Counted from the stretch's first letter, positions 1 through 11,332 are shown. The stretch: 64,000 nt of DNA from an uncultured delta proteobacterium (GCA_963812015.1 CAWETI010000002.1:128001-192000); one strand, 5' to 3'. Notes: generated by a model not told the origin, from the letters alone. Program-made: numbers and translations.

Positions 1-658
1 CCCAAAAACGAATCAATTGTCCAAAGAAAAGTTGGAGAAGCGGTATACCTTTTGGGACCGGTGGGTGAGCGGCGACTACCCCCTAAGCTTTGGCGAGATG
101 ATCAGGTACTATCTGGACCAGCACCTTATTGTCATGAACCTGATCAATGATGCCGTGGCCAAATACTTTCCAGGAAAACTCGCTCAAGCGAATCCCTCCT
201 ATTTCCTGGCCTTTCAAGACCGGCCCTGGATCCGGGAGGTCTGGAAGCGGCACTTACAGAACGTGGCCGCCTTGAAAAAACTGGCCGAGGCCAATCATGC
301 CAACCTGCTGATGGTATTGATCCCCACCAATATCCAGGTCTATCCCTTTCTGGCGGCCCACGAGGGCATTGATCTGGAAAAGCCTGATAGAATTCTAACA
401 CGGTTCTTGAGAGCTCAGGGCATTGATTTTATTGATCTGCTGCCTCTCATGCGCACTTACGCCGATGAAACCCCGCGTTCATCCCTGAATCCGGACAAGG
501 ATCTGTACTGGCGACATAATTCTCACTGGAGCATCCAGGGTAATCACCTGGCCGGCCTGCTGGTATCCCGGTACATCCTGGAACATCGCCTGGTACAAGT
601 GCCGGACCGGGATGAGAAACTCAGAAAGATCGAGGATAAATTGGCCAACTGTCATTAA
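1..658 (+). CDS. 5'-partial SGNH/GDSL-like (AlgX/AlgJ-type) hydrolase-family protein, C-terminal part
   Basis: Frame is open from the window start; LLMVLIP..QVY and DLYWRHNSHWSIQGNHLA (D/N-x-H-W-x-x-x-G-x-x-L-A) C-terminal motif typical of SGNH/AlgX-like proteins. Confidence 0.55.
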   Translation, partial: PKTNQLSKEKLEKRYTFWDRWVSGDYPLSFGEMIRYYLDQHLIVMNLINDAVAKYFPGKLAQANPSYFLAFQDRPWIREVWKRHLQNVAALKKLAEANHANLLMVLIPTNIQVYPFLAAHEGIDLEKPDRILTRFLRAQGIDFIDLLPLMRTYADETPRSSLNPDKDLYWRHNSHWSIQGNHLAGLLVSRYILEHRLVQVPDRDEKLRKIEDKLANCH

Positions 659-909
659 CTGCGCGTTGAAGACGGGGCTGACCTGCCCCCACAAAACCAA
701 CCCACAAGCTATGTTAGGGGGCAGACCACCAGCCGGTTGGTTAATTTCACCTTAAACTAGCCTTTCCCATGGACCAGGGGAATATGCCGATTTATCTTTA
801 AAAAGACTCATGCGCCATTCACTCACTTATGAAATCCCGATCCGAGATCGGTAGCGCCTTTCTGAAATCCCATGGGGCGTTCAAGATTACTCGGGGAAGA
901 ATCTAAGCT

Positions 910-3027
910 ATGTCCGCTAACGTCAAACTTTCGAAAATTCCCCGGCATCTTATTTTTATCTTCTCTTTACTATCGGTTGCATTAATAACTACCGGATATT
1001 TTTATTATAAATACCAAGTAGCTTACCTTACAAAGGAAAAACAGGGTGAACTGGCCGCCATCGTTGATCTGAAAGTCAATCAAATTGTCGCCTGGCGTCA
1101 GGAGCGTACTGCGGACGCTGATGTTATTTTGAATGATCAATTTTTTGCCGCTAAGGTTGAAGATTGGCTGGGAGGCGCCAAAGAGCCGGCTCTCAAAGAA
1201 GAGATACACAACTATTTAGCGAGCTTAATAATCCACCAGTATAAAAGTATTGTTCTCTTAGACCCCCAGGGAACGGCGAGATTATCCATTCCAGAGGAGA
1301 ACCGGAGAATATCTTTGCATCCCCAAGAACTGGCCAGGAGGGCCCTGGAGACCAGGCAACCAGTTTTTTCGGATCTTTATCGCAGCGAGGATTCCAAGGC
1401 AATTCAACTCAGCCTCCTAGTGCCCCTCCTGGCAGTCAGGGGCGGTCACAAGAGGGCTGTGGGTGTGGTCTTACTGAGCTTGGACCCGAAACAATTCCTC
1501 TATCCCTTGGTGCAGTCATGGCCTACCCCCAGTCGGACTTCTGAGATTCTATTGGTCCGCCGCCAAGGAAATGAGGTGGCGGTCTTAAATGAACTCCGTT
1601 ACCGGAAAGATACTGCCCTCAACTTGCGCTTCCCCCTCTCGGAGCCCAGGCTGCCCGCCGCTATGGCGGCCCGGGGAGAGAAAGGGGTAGTAGAAGGGAT
1701 CGATTACCAGGGCGTTCCCGTCATCGCCGCCCTGGCCCCGGTTCCAGATTCCCCCTGGTTTCTCGTCGGGAAAGTTAATGCGGGGGAGCTCTATGCTCCC
1801 CTGCGTGAACACTTCCTTTTGGTGGTGATTTTTTTAACCATATCGATTTGGGCTGCCGGTATAAGTGTCGCCTTAATATGGCGCAATCAGCAAGCCCGGT
1901 TCTACCGCCGGCAATATGAAGTGGAGCGGGAAAGGCGTAGCCTGGCGCAACGCTATGAATATTTGACTAGACATGCCAATGATATTATCCTGCTGGCCGA
2001 CCAGGATCAGAAGATTGTGGAAGCCAATGAGCAGGCGGTAGTAGCCTATGGCTATGTGCGGGATGAACTGCTCAAGTTGCACTTCGCCGATTTGCACCCG
2101 CCCGAGACCAGGCCAGCCCTTGAAGGATATCTCCGGGAAGTGGCCCAAAATGGTAGCCGGGTGTTTGAGATCATGCAGCATCACAAGTCTGGGGCCACAT
2201 TTCCTGCAGAAATCAGTTGCTGCATTATGGACATGGAAGGCCAAAAATTTTTCCAAAACATCATTCGGAACATCAGTGAGCGCAAACAATCGGAAGATGC
2301 CCTCCGAGAGTCCGAAAAAAATCTGCGCTACCTCAGCTCTCAGCTGCTTACCAGCCAGGAAACGGAACGCAAGCGCATTGCCGCGGAATTGCACGATGGC
2401 TTGGGGCAAGCTTTGATGGTTGCCAAAATGCGACTGAAGGTTATCGAGCGCAGCTTGCCGGCGGGTGAATCCAAAGAAGAATGTGTGGAATTAATAAAAT
2501 ATATCAATGAGCTTATCGAGAACATACGACGCCTTTCTCATGACTTGATGCCTTCAATCCTGGAAGATTTGGGGCTGCAAGCGGCCTTGCAGCATCTCTT
2601 AGACGAATTTTCCAGGTACACAGGGATACGGTTATCGACTGACTTGGATGACATGCAGGCCTTATTTTCGCCGGAAAAACAACTGATCATGTACCGAATC
2701 TGCCAGGAAAGCCTCAACAACATCACCAAGCACGCCCACGCTACCGAAGTTTCCGTGGCCATGAAAAGGCAGCCCGGAGGTATCTCCTTTCGATTGGAGG
2801 ATAATGGCGAAGGGTTCGATGTCCAGAAGGTCCTGTCCAGCGATTCCAGAAAGCGAGGCATGGGGTTGGCGACTTTGGAGGAACGGGTCCGAATGATGGG
2901 AGGTTCCTTGGAAATATTGAGTCAAATAGGAATCGGCACCAGGATATCCTTCTTTATTTCAACTCAAGAAAATCTGCCCAATAATGAGAATAACCTATCA
3001 ATTTCAGCCAACGTTATGAAGAAATAA
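910..3027 (+). CDS. Membrane sensor histidine kinase: periplasmic Cache-like region, PAS, HisKA_3 and HATPase (NarX/UhpB class)
   Basis: Two TM segments; PAS (ANDIILLADQDQKIVEANEQA); ERKRIAAELHDGLGQAL H-box; QESLNNITKHA N-box; DNGEGF and GMGL G-boxes. Confidence 0.9.
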   Translation: MSANVKLSKIPRHLIFIFSLLSVALITTGYFYYKYQVAYLTKEKQGELAAIVDLKVNQIVAWRQERTADADVILNDQFFAAKVEDWLGGAKEPALKEEIHNYLASLIIHQYKSIVLLDPQGTARLSIPEENRRISLHPQELARRALETRQPVFSDLYRSEDSKAIQLSLLVPLLAVRGGHKRAVGVVLLSLDPKQFLYPLVQSWPTPSRTSEILLVRRQGNEVAVLNELRYRKDTALNLRFPLSEPRLPAAMAARGEKGVVEGIDYQGVPVIAALAPVPDSPWFLVGKVNAGELYAPLREHFLLVVIFLTISIWAAGISVALIWRNQQARFYRRQYEVERERRSLAQRYEYLTRHANDIILLADQDQKIVEANEQAVVAYGYVRDELLKLHFADLHPPETRPALEGYLREVAQNGSRVFEIMQHHKSGATFPAEISCCIMDMEGQKFFQNIIRNISERKQSEDALRESEKNLRYLSSQLLTSQETERKRIAAELHDGLGQALMVAKMRLKVIERSLPAGESKEECVELIKYINELIENIRRLSHDLMPSILEDLGLQAALQHLLDEFSRYTGIRLSTDLDDMQALFSPEKQLIMYRICQESLNNITKHAHATEVSVAMKRQPGGISFRLEDNGEGFDVQKVLSSDSRKRGMGLATLEERVRMMGGSLEILSQIGIGTRISFFISTQENLPNNENNLSISANVMKK

Positions 3028-3490
3028 CTGCGCTAATGCCAATAAAGATATTTTTTTAATAAGGTGTGACTAGCTGCTATAGATCATCGGTTATAAGATC
3101 TATGAAAGTGCTTTGATATCTGTATGATATTTAAACAGCGAACTATTTCAACTGGCGAAGTTCCACATCTAAATGACAGTGAAACAATCCTTAAAGTCTT
3201 GAAGAACGCCTAGCATTACTCCGACCACCTGGTAGCTTTTTTGCCAAGGTGAGAAGCGTTTTTAGCCCCGATTTCGAACGATAAGTCGCCACCCCTACTC
3301 TTACCTTCACCCGCCCATCAGCTCCCCAATTAGGTTAGTTTGACGGCCTACCGTCCATATCGCGCCGACCGTCAGGGAACCCCGTTATGGGGACCATAAC
3401 CCTCTGCTTCACGGATAACGGACGATAAATTTGTGGGCTGGATTTACTGCGGGTTTTAAACTTCCTGGCAGGCAACCCGGTATAAAGAGA

Positions 3491-3937
3491 TCAGAGGTTG
3501 CCGATATTTTGATAAATCTTGTTTAAGGCGGCCTTGATGAGGTCGATTTCCTGCGGGGCCAGGTTTTGGGTGACTCGCTGCCGCAGCGTTTGGGTCAGGG
3601 GGAAGAGGCCTTCGTGCAGCTGCCGGCCTTCTTTGGTGAGGTAAATGCAATATTTGCGGCGGTCCCGGGGATCGGGTTGGCGAAAGACCAGGCGTTTTTT
3701 CTCGAGAGCATCGAGCATCCGGGTGATGTTGGGTTTGTCTTTCGAGGTCTGTTCGGCGATTTCCCTTTGGGACAGGCCATCCGCCTCCCAGAGATGGCGG
3801 ATGATGGCCCATTGCTCACCGGTAATCTCGTAGCCGTGCTCCTTAAAGAAGCGCTGCAAGGCTGACTTTAAGGCCAGGGCAGTCCGGTAGATAATGAAGC
3901 CCAGGGAATCTTTGGTGGAAGCGGAGTCCTCATTCAT
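3491..3937 (-). CDS. MarR family transcriptional regulator
   Basis: LSQREIAEQTSKDKPNITRMLDALEKKRLV..DPRDRR..IYLTKEG winged-helix signature; divergent from efflux operon. Confidence 0.92.
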   Translation of the reverse strand: MNEDSASTKDSLGFIIYRTALALKSALQRFFKEHGYEITGEQWAIIRHLWEADGLSQREIAEQTSKDKPNITRMLDALEKKRLVFRQPDPRDRRKYCIYLTKEGRQLHEGLFPLTQTLRQRVTQNLAPQEIDLIKAALNKIYQNIGNL

Positions 3938-3942
3938 AGCAA

Positions 3943-3961
3943 TAATTGTACTTGATAACTA
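3943..3961. promoter_or_regulatory. Imperfect palindrome, candidate MarR operator
   Basis: TAATTGTACTTGATAACTA just upstream of the marR ATG; minus-strand TTGACA at 3979-3984. Confidence 0.45.
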
Positions 3962-4155
3962 CTAGATATATAATGACTTGTCAAAGAAATTTTCATTTTC
4001 AGCTCGGCCATCCGGTTGGATTCCCTGAGTCTGCTGCAACAGTGAGCGGTAATCTGCAATTCTCGTCATCCTTTTTTTTCAAGGGGGTGATTTTAGCGCG
4101 CCGGCTTTCTCCCTAAAATTGGTTACAATAATAACGATCAGTTTGATCACAAGAT

Positions 4156-4184
4156 TTGACAAGGTGAGGGATTCCATTCATAAT
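4156..4184 (+). promoter_or_regulatory. sigma70 promoter of efflux operon
   Basis: TTGACA-17 bp-CATAAT upstream of the MFP gene. Confidence 0.6.
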
Positions 4185-4231
4185 CTTCTTGAACCGGTTG
4201 ACCTTTTCATCCCCTAAAACCCCTGGAAGCT

Positions 4232-5676
4232 ATGGCCGGAGGCATGAATGGCCATAGAGAGGTTATCCGCCCCCGGGCGGAGGATATTTGGACCCCAAAG
4301 ATGAATCTTAAGATAAAGCTTCATAGTAAGCGGACCATGGTCATCGCCGTGGTGGCGGTGGTTGCCGCCCTGGCTCTCATGGGCTACCTGCTGCGCGGCA
4401 GCGGGAGGTCGGCAGAGTTTCGCACGGTCCAGATGAAGCGGGGCGACCTGCTGGCCACGATTAGCGCCACAGGCACGGTGGAGCCGGAGGAAGTCGTCGA
4501 TATCGGGGCCCAAGTCGCCGGCAGGATAGTGGCCTTCGGTAAAGATAAGAATGGCAAAGAGGTTGATTACGGCTCCGTCGTGGAGGCCGCGATGGTGCTG
4601 GCCCGGATTGACGACGCCTTGTACGCCGCGGATGTAGCCTCTGCTAAGGCCCAACTGGCCCAGAACAAGGCCGGGGTGAAATACGCCGAAGCCAACCTGG
4701 ATCAGCTCAAGGCCAAACTCTACCAGGCGCAGCGAGACTGGGCCCGGGCTGAGAAGCTCGGCCCCTCCGACGCCCTGTCCCAGGCCGACTATGATGCGGC
4801 GCAGTCGGCCTATGAGTCCGCCAAAGCCAACGTGGAAGTGGGACAGGCCGCCATTGTCCAGGCTAAAAGCGCTGTGGACCAGGCCGAAGCCACCTTGAAG
4901 CGGGCCCAGCAAAACCTGGATTATTGCACCATCGTCTCGCCGGTCAAGGGGGTAATTGTCGATCGGCGGGTCAACATCGGCCAGACCGTGGTGTCCAGCC
5001 TCAATGCCCCCAGCCTCTTTTTAATAGCCAAGGACCTGACACGCATACAGGTTTGGGTCTCGGTCAATGAAGCGGATATTGGCCTGATCCATCCGGGCCA
5101 GCCAGCCTCTTTTACCATCGATGCCTTTCCCGGCGAGTTATTCAAAGGCGAAGTGGGGAAGGTGCGGTTCAACGCCACCATGACCCAAAATGTCGTCACC
5201 TACACGGTGGAGGTTAACACCGATAATTCCAGCGGCCAGCTGCTGCCGTATCTGACGGCCAACGTCAAGTTTGTCGTGGGCGAACGCAAAAATGTCCTCC
5301 TCGTTCCCAACGTCGCCCTCCGTTGGGCTCCCCCCCGGAACAGATCGTGTCCGAGTTCCGGAAAACCAAGAAGGGTAAGGGGGCCGAGGCGCCACCCCAG
5401 GGCAAACCGTCTCCCGAGGCCGGCAAGAAGGAGCAAGCCCGGGGGGTCGTTTGGGTTCCACAAGGAAATCTGGTGCGCCCGGTCAAGGTCCGTCATGGCT
5501 TGAGCGATGGCACCATGACGGAGGTGGAGAGCGCCGAGCTTAAGGAAGACACCCCGGTAGCGGTAGGAGTAATGGAAAGCCAGCAGGCCGGTAGCGGCAA
5601 GCCTGCACCCGGCGGCAGCCCCTTTGCGCCCCAAATTTTCCGTGGTGCGGCCCAGCCCAAGGGGGAGGGCCGTTAA
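4232..5676 (+). CDS. MacA-like periplasmic adaptor (MFP), frameshifted at C7 tract 5330-5336
   Basis: IVSPVKGVIVDRRVNIGQTVVSSLNAPSLF motif; C-terminus (VKVRHGLSDGTMTEV) continues in another frame after LRWAPP; one extra C restores the frame. Confidence 0.85.
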
Positions 5677-5719
5677 CGGCCGCATCTGTTTGCCTGAGAA
5701 GTGAGATAGCTAAACCCCT

Positions 5720-7855
5720 ATGGAACTGATCGAACTGCGCGATATTTATAAGACTTATCACCTGGGCGAGATCGATGTGCCGGTGCTGAAAGGCATCTCG
5801 CTGACGGTTTCGCAGGGGGAGTTTGTCGCCCTCATGGGCACCTCGGGGTCAGGTAAGACCACCCTCATGAACATCCTGGGGTGCCTGGACCGGCCCACCT
5901 CCGGGGAATTCTGGCTGGATGGGCAGGATGTGGTGGCCTTGTCACCCGACGAGTGGGCCCAACTGCGCAACGAAAAGATCGGCTTCGTCTTTCAAACTTT
6001 CAACCTGCTGCCCCGGACCAGCGCCCTGGAAAACGTCATCATGCCCCTATCGTACACCGCGGCGCACCTCTCCGACCGGGAGGCGCGCCAGCGGGGCGGA
6101 GACCTGCTTCAGCGCGTAGGCTTGGGGGATCGCCTGGACCACGAACCCTCTCAACTCTCCGGCGGGCAGCAGCAACGGGTGGCCATCGCCCGGGCCCTCG
6201 TCAACCAGCCTTCCATCCTATTCGCGGATGAGCCCACCGGCAACCTCGACTCCCAAACCAGCGAAGAAGTCTTGGAACTATTCCGGAAACTCAACGAAGA
6301 AGAAGGGGTAACCATCATCCTGGTGACGCATGACGCCGCCGTGGCCAAGTATGCCGAACGGACTATCAGGGTTTCCGACGGGGTGGTGGAAGCCGAAGAA
6401 CCCCGTCCTCAAGAAGCCCCGGGCAGACAGCCAGGCACAATCCTGCCGAAGCTACGCTCAGGCTTGGCATGGTTGCGACTCCAGTGGATGGTGCGAACCG
6501 CCCTGCACGGCCTGCGCCGCAACGTCCTCAGGGCCGCCCTGACCACTCTCGGCATTATCATCGGCGTGGCCGCGGTCATCACCATGATGGAGATCGGGCG
6601 CGGCTCTTCCAGGGCTATCCAGTCGACCATTGCCAGCATGGGGGCCAATAATCTGTTAGTCTTACCGGGTACGGCCTCCAGCGGCGGCGTCAGCATGGGG
6701 GCCGGCAGCGTCATGACCCTCACCCCCGAGGACGGCGAGGCGATTCTGAACGAATGTCCGGCAGTTAAGGGCGTGGCGCCCATTGTCCGAGCCCGGACCC
6801 AGGTCATTTATGGCAACCGCAACTGGGTGCCCGTCTTTATTTATGGCACCACCCCCGAATTCCTTGATGTCCGGGAATGGCCCCTGGCCGAGGGCGAGGT
6901 CTTCACGGAGAGGGATGTCCGCAATGCCAGCAAGGTCTGCCTGCTGGGCCAGAGGCTGGTCCGCGAGCTTTTCCAGGGCGAGTCCCCTTTGGGCAAAGAA
7001 GTGCGGGTGCAGAACGTCTCCTTCCGGGTGATCGGGATCCTCAGCAGCAAAGGCGCCAACATGATGGGCATGGATCAGGATGATGTCCTGCTGGCGCCCT
7101 GGACGACGATTAAATTTCGCGTGACCGGCTCCTCCGCGACAACCGCCAACCAGAGCGCCGCCGCCGCCACTTCCTCGTCAAGCACCTCCACGACCGTGAA
7201 CACGCTCAACCAGATCTACCCTAATATTCAAAACCAGCTTTATCCCGTACCAGTTGCTACCCAGGCCGCGGATACTCCCCAACCGGTGCGCTTTGTCAAC
7301 GTGGATCAGCTCCTGACCGCAGGCCGCTCCACCAAGGAAATTCAGGCCGCTATCAATCAAATCACCCAATTGTTGCGGGAGCGGCATCGGATTCGCCCGG
7401 GGGAGGCGGATGACTTCAACATCCGGGATATGACTGAAATGGCCTCAGCCCTCTCTTCCACCAGCACCATGATGACCAAGCTTTTACTCGCCGTGGCCCT
7501 GATCTCCCTGTTGGTGGGGGGCGTCGGGATCATGAATATCATGCTGGTGTCGGTGACGGAGCGTACCCGGGAGATCGGCCTGCGCATGGCCGTGGGGGCC
7601 TGGGCCCGGGATATCCTCCAGCAGTTTCTGGCTGAATCCGTGATTCTCTGTTTCTGCGGAGGAGTGGCGGGCATCATCGTGGGCCGGGGGATTTCCATTT
7701 TGGTCAGGATTTTGATGAAATGGCCGACAGAGTTGTCCCTGGAGGCGATCTTCGCGGCCTTTGCGGTCTCGGTGACCGTGGGCATCGTTTTCGGCTACTA
7801 CCCGGCCTGGAAGGCGGCGCACCTGGACCCGATCATTGCCCTCCGTTACGAATAG
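5720..7855 (+). CDS. macB: MacB-type ABC transporter, fused ATPase/permease
   Basis: GTSGSGKT, LSGGQQQRV, DEPTGNLD; GGVGIMNIMLVSVTERTREIGLR FtsX motif. Confidence 0.9.
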   Translation: MELIELRDIYKTYHLGEIDVPVLKGISLTVSQGEFVALMGTSGSGKTTLMNILGCLDRPTSGEFWLDGQDVVALSPDEWAQLRNEKIGFVFQTFNLLPRTSALENVIMPLSYTAAHLSDREARQRGGDLLQRVGLGDRLDHEPSQLSGGQQQRVAIARALVNQPSILFADEPTGNLDSQTSEEVLELFRKLNEEEGVTIILVTHDAAVAKYAERTIRVSDGVVEAEEPRPQEAPGRQPGTILPKLRSGLAWLRLQWMVRTALHGLRRNVLRAALTTLGIIIGVAAVITMMEIGRGSSRAIQSTIASMGANNLLVLPGTASSGGVSMGAGSVMTLTPEDGEAILNECPAVKGVAPIVRARTQVIYGNRNWVPVFIYGTTPEFLDVREWPLAEGEVFTERDVRNASKVCLLGQRLVRELFQGESPLGKEVRVQNVSFRVIGILSSKGANMMGMDQDDVLLAPWTTIKFRVTGSSATTANQSAAAATSSSSTSTTVNTLNQIYPNIQNQLYPVPVATQAADTPQPVRFVNVDQLLTAGRSTKEIQAAINQITQLLRERHRIRPGEADDFNIRDMTEMASALSSTSTMMTKLLLAVALISLLVGGVGIMNIMLVSVTERTREIGLRMAVGAWARDILQQFLAESVILCFCGGVAGIIVGRGISILVRILMKWPTELSLEAIFAAFAVSVTVGIVFGYYPAWKAAHLDPIIALRYE

Positions 7856-7907
7856 GCGAATACGCCCAGATTATTAAAAGCCGACGATGGTTGAGGAGAT
7901 TTTAAAT

Positions 7908-9436
7908 ATGCAACCTGCGGTAAAGCGGAGCCCCATCAGCCGGAAGATCAGGCATATCGGTTTGGTATGCTTGCCGGCGGTGATCTGGGCGACGCTGGTG
8001 GGCTGTGCCGTGGGCCCGGATTACAAGCGACCGGAGACCAAGGTCCCGGAGAACTGGAATGGCCAGGAGGTCGTCACCCCGGCCACACCCAGCAAAACGA
8101 CCACTGATCCGGCGGCCCTGGTGGAATGGTGGAACGCCTTTAAAGATCCGACCCTATCTTCCCTGGTCGAAATGGCTATCCGGGCCAATCTGGATGTGCG
8201 CCTGGCCGAAGCCCGCATCCGCCAGGCCCGGGCGGCCCAGGGAGTGGCGGGCGCGCCCCTCTTTCCGGAGGTGGATGCTTCAGCGCTTTTCCAAAGGAGC
8301 CAGGGCTCCAGCGAAGTCGGCACCGGCGGCGGTGTCGCTACCATCGGGGGACTCGGGAATTTGTGGCAGGCGGGTCTCGATGCCACCTGGGAAGTGGATA
8401 TTTTCGGGGGACGCGACGCAGCCTCGAGGCCGCCGGGGCCGATCTCAAGGCCGCGGTGGAAGACCGCCGCGATGTCCTGGTGACCCTGGTGGGAGACGTG
8501 GGGAACAACTATATCACCCTGCGGGGATTGCAACAGCAAATCGACATTGCCCGCAGAAACCTTAAGGCGCAGCAGCATACCGCCGCAATCACCCAGAAGC
8601 GACATGACGCCGGCTTTGTGGGCGGGTTGGATGTGGCCAACGCCAATGCCCAGGTAGCCACCACCGAAGCCACGATACCGGTTTTAGAGTCCTCGGCCCG
8701 GGCGGCCATTTACAGCCTGGGGGTGCTCCTGGGGCGGGAGCCGGCCGCGTTGGAAAAAGATTTGGCCAGGCAAGGGCCGATTCCTCCCACCCCCCTGGCA
8801 ATTCCCGTGGGGCTGCCCTCGGACCTGCTGCGGCGCCGCCCGGACATCCGCCGGGCCGAAGCCCAGATCCACGCCGCCACAGCCCGCATCGGGGTGGCCA
8901 CCGCCGACCTGTTCCCCAAGTTTAACCTGGCCGGGTCCTATGGCTTGTCCGCCAGTGACGTAACCAGGCTGGGAAAAATGACCAGTAATTACTGGTCCTG
9001 GGGACCCAGCGTCACCTGGCCGATTTTCGCCGGCGGTCGCTTCTACTATAATATCAAAGTCCAGAACGCCCTCACCGAGCAGGCGCGGCTGACGTATGAA
9101 AAGACCGTGCTCACCGCCTTAAAAGACGTGGAAACCGCGCTGGTGGCTTATGCCAAGGAACAGCAACACCGCAAATCCCTGGCCGAGGCCGTGGTTAACA
9201 ACCGCAAGGCCGTGGACCTGGCCACGACGCTTTACGTCGCCGGCAAGTCGGATTTCTTGAACGTCCTCATCGCCCAGCTCTCTCTATTTGCCACCGAAGA
9301 TGCCCTGGCCCAGAGCACCCGCACCGTGGATACCAACCTGATTGCCCTCTACAAGGCGTTGGGCGGAGGCTGGGAAAAGGAGCCGCAAACCGCTGCGGCC
9401 GGAAAGCCGGAAAATAACCAGGCGGCAAGTAAATAG
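7908..9436 (+). CDS. NodT/OprM-family outer-membrane efflux lipoprotein, frameshifted at G5 tract 8406-8410
   Basis: Lipobox LVGC-AVGPDYKRP; WEVDIFGG|TRRSLEAA needs one extra G; LPSDLLRRRPDIRRAE; LYKALGGGW. Confidence 0.85.
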
Positions 9437-9526
9437 CCCCAAAGCGGTCTTCAATCTTATCCGCAATCACCCGGCCCCCATCGGCCAACATCCGGCATTT
9501 GCCGCCTAATCCCCAGGTCAGCCGGG

Positions 9527-10057
9527 CTACTCCTCAAGGCCGGCATAAGGCAGGGCATGCCCCAGGTGTTTCTGAAAATTCTCCCGGTAGGCCCGGGTGA
9601 TCTCGGGGATGTCCTCCAGGATCAAGAGGTTCTCGGCGTTCTTGTTTTCCGCCGCCGCGGTAAAATTAAAGGAGCCGGTAATCACCACCCGGTTGTCGAT
9701 AATCATGATTTTATTGTGGGCGATGGCGTGCTTGTCGTCGATGAAGACGGGGATTTCCATATTCTTCAAAAACGTCGCGGCGGAATATTTCTGGGTCCGG
9801 TTGGACTTATCCAAGACTGCGGTGATCTTGACGCCGCGCTTTTTCGCCTGAATCAACGCCTGGGCGATGGGCTGACTGGTGAAGGAATAGGCCTGGAGAA
9901 GAATTTCGGTTTTGGCCCGGTTGATCTGGCTGAGGATGGCGTCGGTGCAGCCGCCCTGGGGGGAGAAGTAGACCTTGATGGACCCGGCCTGGGCCAGGCC
10001 GCAGGTTAACCCCAGGAACAGGATCAACCACAGGAGAGCTAAGGCTTTTTTCTTCAT
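9527..10057 (-). CDS. Secreted Nuc-like phospholipase D family endonuclease
   Basis: Signal peptide MKKKALALLWL..AQA; single HKD motif HNKIMIID..VITGSFNFT..NAEN. Confidence 0.88.
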   Translation of the reverse strand: MKKKALALLWLILFLGLTCGLAQAGSIKVYFSPQGGCTDAILSQINRAKTEILLQAYSFTSQPIAQALIQAKKRGVKITAVLDKSNRTQKYSAATFLKNMEIPVFIDDKHAIAHNKIMIIDNRVVITGSFNFTAAAENKNAENLLILEDIPEITRAYRENFQKHLGHALPYAGLEE

Positions 10058-10255
10058 GGCAAATCTCCGTTTTGGCAGGGCGCCTTGAGGCATTTCTTAT
10101 CTGAGTCGTCGGCTTTTGGCAATCCATTTCCCCATTTTCGCCTGGCCATATTGCCGACCCCGGGAACATGGTAAGATGGGGATAAGCTGAGAGGCAGGCC
10201 AGCGGCACCTGGCGTATCCCCAGGCACTAGTTTATCGGGTTATCATTAAGGCGGC

Positions 10256-11332
10256 ATGCGTATCATCGGCCATCTGGATATGGACGCCTTTTTTGCGGCC
10301 ATTGAAGCGCGAGACCACCCGGAACTCCAGGGGCGGCCCCTGGTGGTGGGGGCCGACCCCGGGGGCGGTCAGGGCCGGGGGGTGGTGTCCACCGCCAATT
10401 ATGCGGCCCGGATCTACGGCATCCATTCGGCTATGCCCATTTCCCGGGCCTGGCAACTGGCCGAAGCCGCCCGGCGCCGGGGCCGGCCTGCCACGGTATT
10501 CATTCGAGTCAATCATCGGCGCTACGCCGAGGTCTCGGAGAGAATCATGGCCATCCTGCACCGCTATGCCCCGGTGGTGGAAGAGGCGAGCATCGACGAG
10601 GCCTATTTCGACCTGAGCTTCACCGGCTCCTATGAGCAGGCGGCGGAGTTAGCCCGGCGGATCAAGGCGGCAATCCTGGCCCAAGAAAGGCTCACCGCTT
10701 CCATCGGCATCGGCCCCAATAAATTGGTGGCCAAGATCGCCTCGGACTTTCAGAAGCCCGACGGCCTGACGGTGGTCACCGAGGCTGAGGCCGAAGCCTT
10801 CCTGGCGCCAATGGCGGTGCGCAAAATCCCCGGCATCGGCCCCAAGACGGAACAATCCCTGGCCCGCCTGGGCATTAGGACCGTCAAAGATTTAAAGAGG
10901 TTGACGCCGGAGGAACTGCACGGAAGATTCGGCAAGTGGGGGCCGGAGTTATACGAGCGCCTCCGGGGCCGGCATGACAGCCCCCTGGTGACCGAATGGG
11001 AGCCCAAATCCGTGGGGGAGCAGGAAACCTTTGCCCAAGACACCCGGGACCTGGAGTTCATCTTCACCCGCCTCTGGGCCATGTGCCGGGAAGTGCATCA
11101 GCGCCTCCTCGCCGAAGGCTTTCACACCTTTCGCACCGTGGTGGTCACCGTGCGCTTCGCCGATTTTGCCACCTCCTCCCGCTCCCATACCCTGGCTGAG
11201 CCCGCGGCCTCCCTCCGCACCCTGACGTTCCACGCCATGAAACTCCTGATGCCCTTCCTGGACCGCCGGGAAAACCCCCGACACAAACTCCTCCGCCTCA
11301 TCGGCGTGCGGGTGGAAAAGCTGGGGAAGTGA
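10256..11332 (+). CDS. dinB: DNA polymerase IV
   Basis: HLDMDAFFAAIE, STANYAAR, SIDEAY, AKIASDFQKPDG. Confidence 0.95.
   Translation: MRIIGHLDMDAFFAAIEARDHPELQGRPLVVGADPGGGQGRGVVSTANYAARIYGIHSAMPISRAWQLAEAARRRGRPATVFIRVNHRRYAEVSERIMAILHRYAPVVEEASIDEAYFDLSFTGSYEQAAELARRIKAAILAQERLTASIGIGPNKLVAKIASDFQKPDGLTVVTEAEAEAFLAPMAVRKIPGIGPKTEQSLARLGIRTVKDLKRLTPEELHGRFGKWGPELYERLRGRHDSPLVTEWEPKSVGEQETFAQDTRDLEFIFTRLWAMCREVHQRLLAEGFHTFRTVVVTVRFADFATSSRSHTLAEPAASLRTLTFHAMKLLMPFLDRRENPRHKLLRLIGVRVEKLGK

Noticed and set aside
3335..3380. GCCGACCGTCAGGG resembling the ZTP riboswitch 3' element
   Set aside because: Explained by a simple TGACGG/CCGTCA hairpin between convergent genes; 5' aptamer domain missing and no downstream gene on that strand
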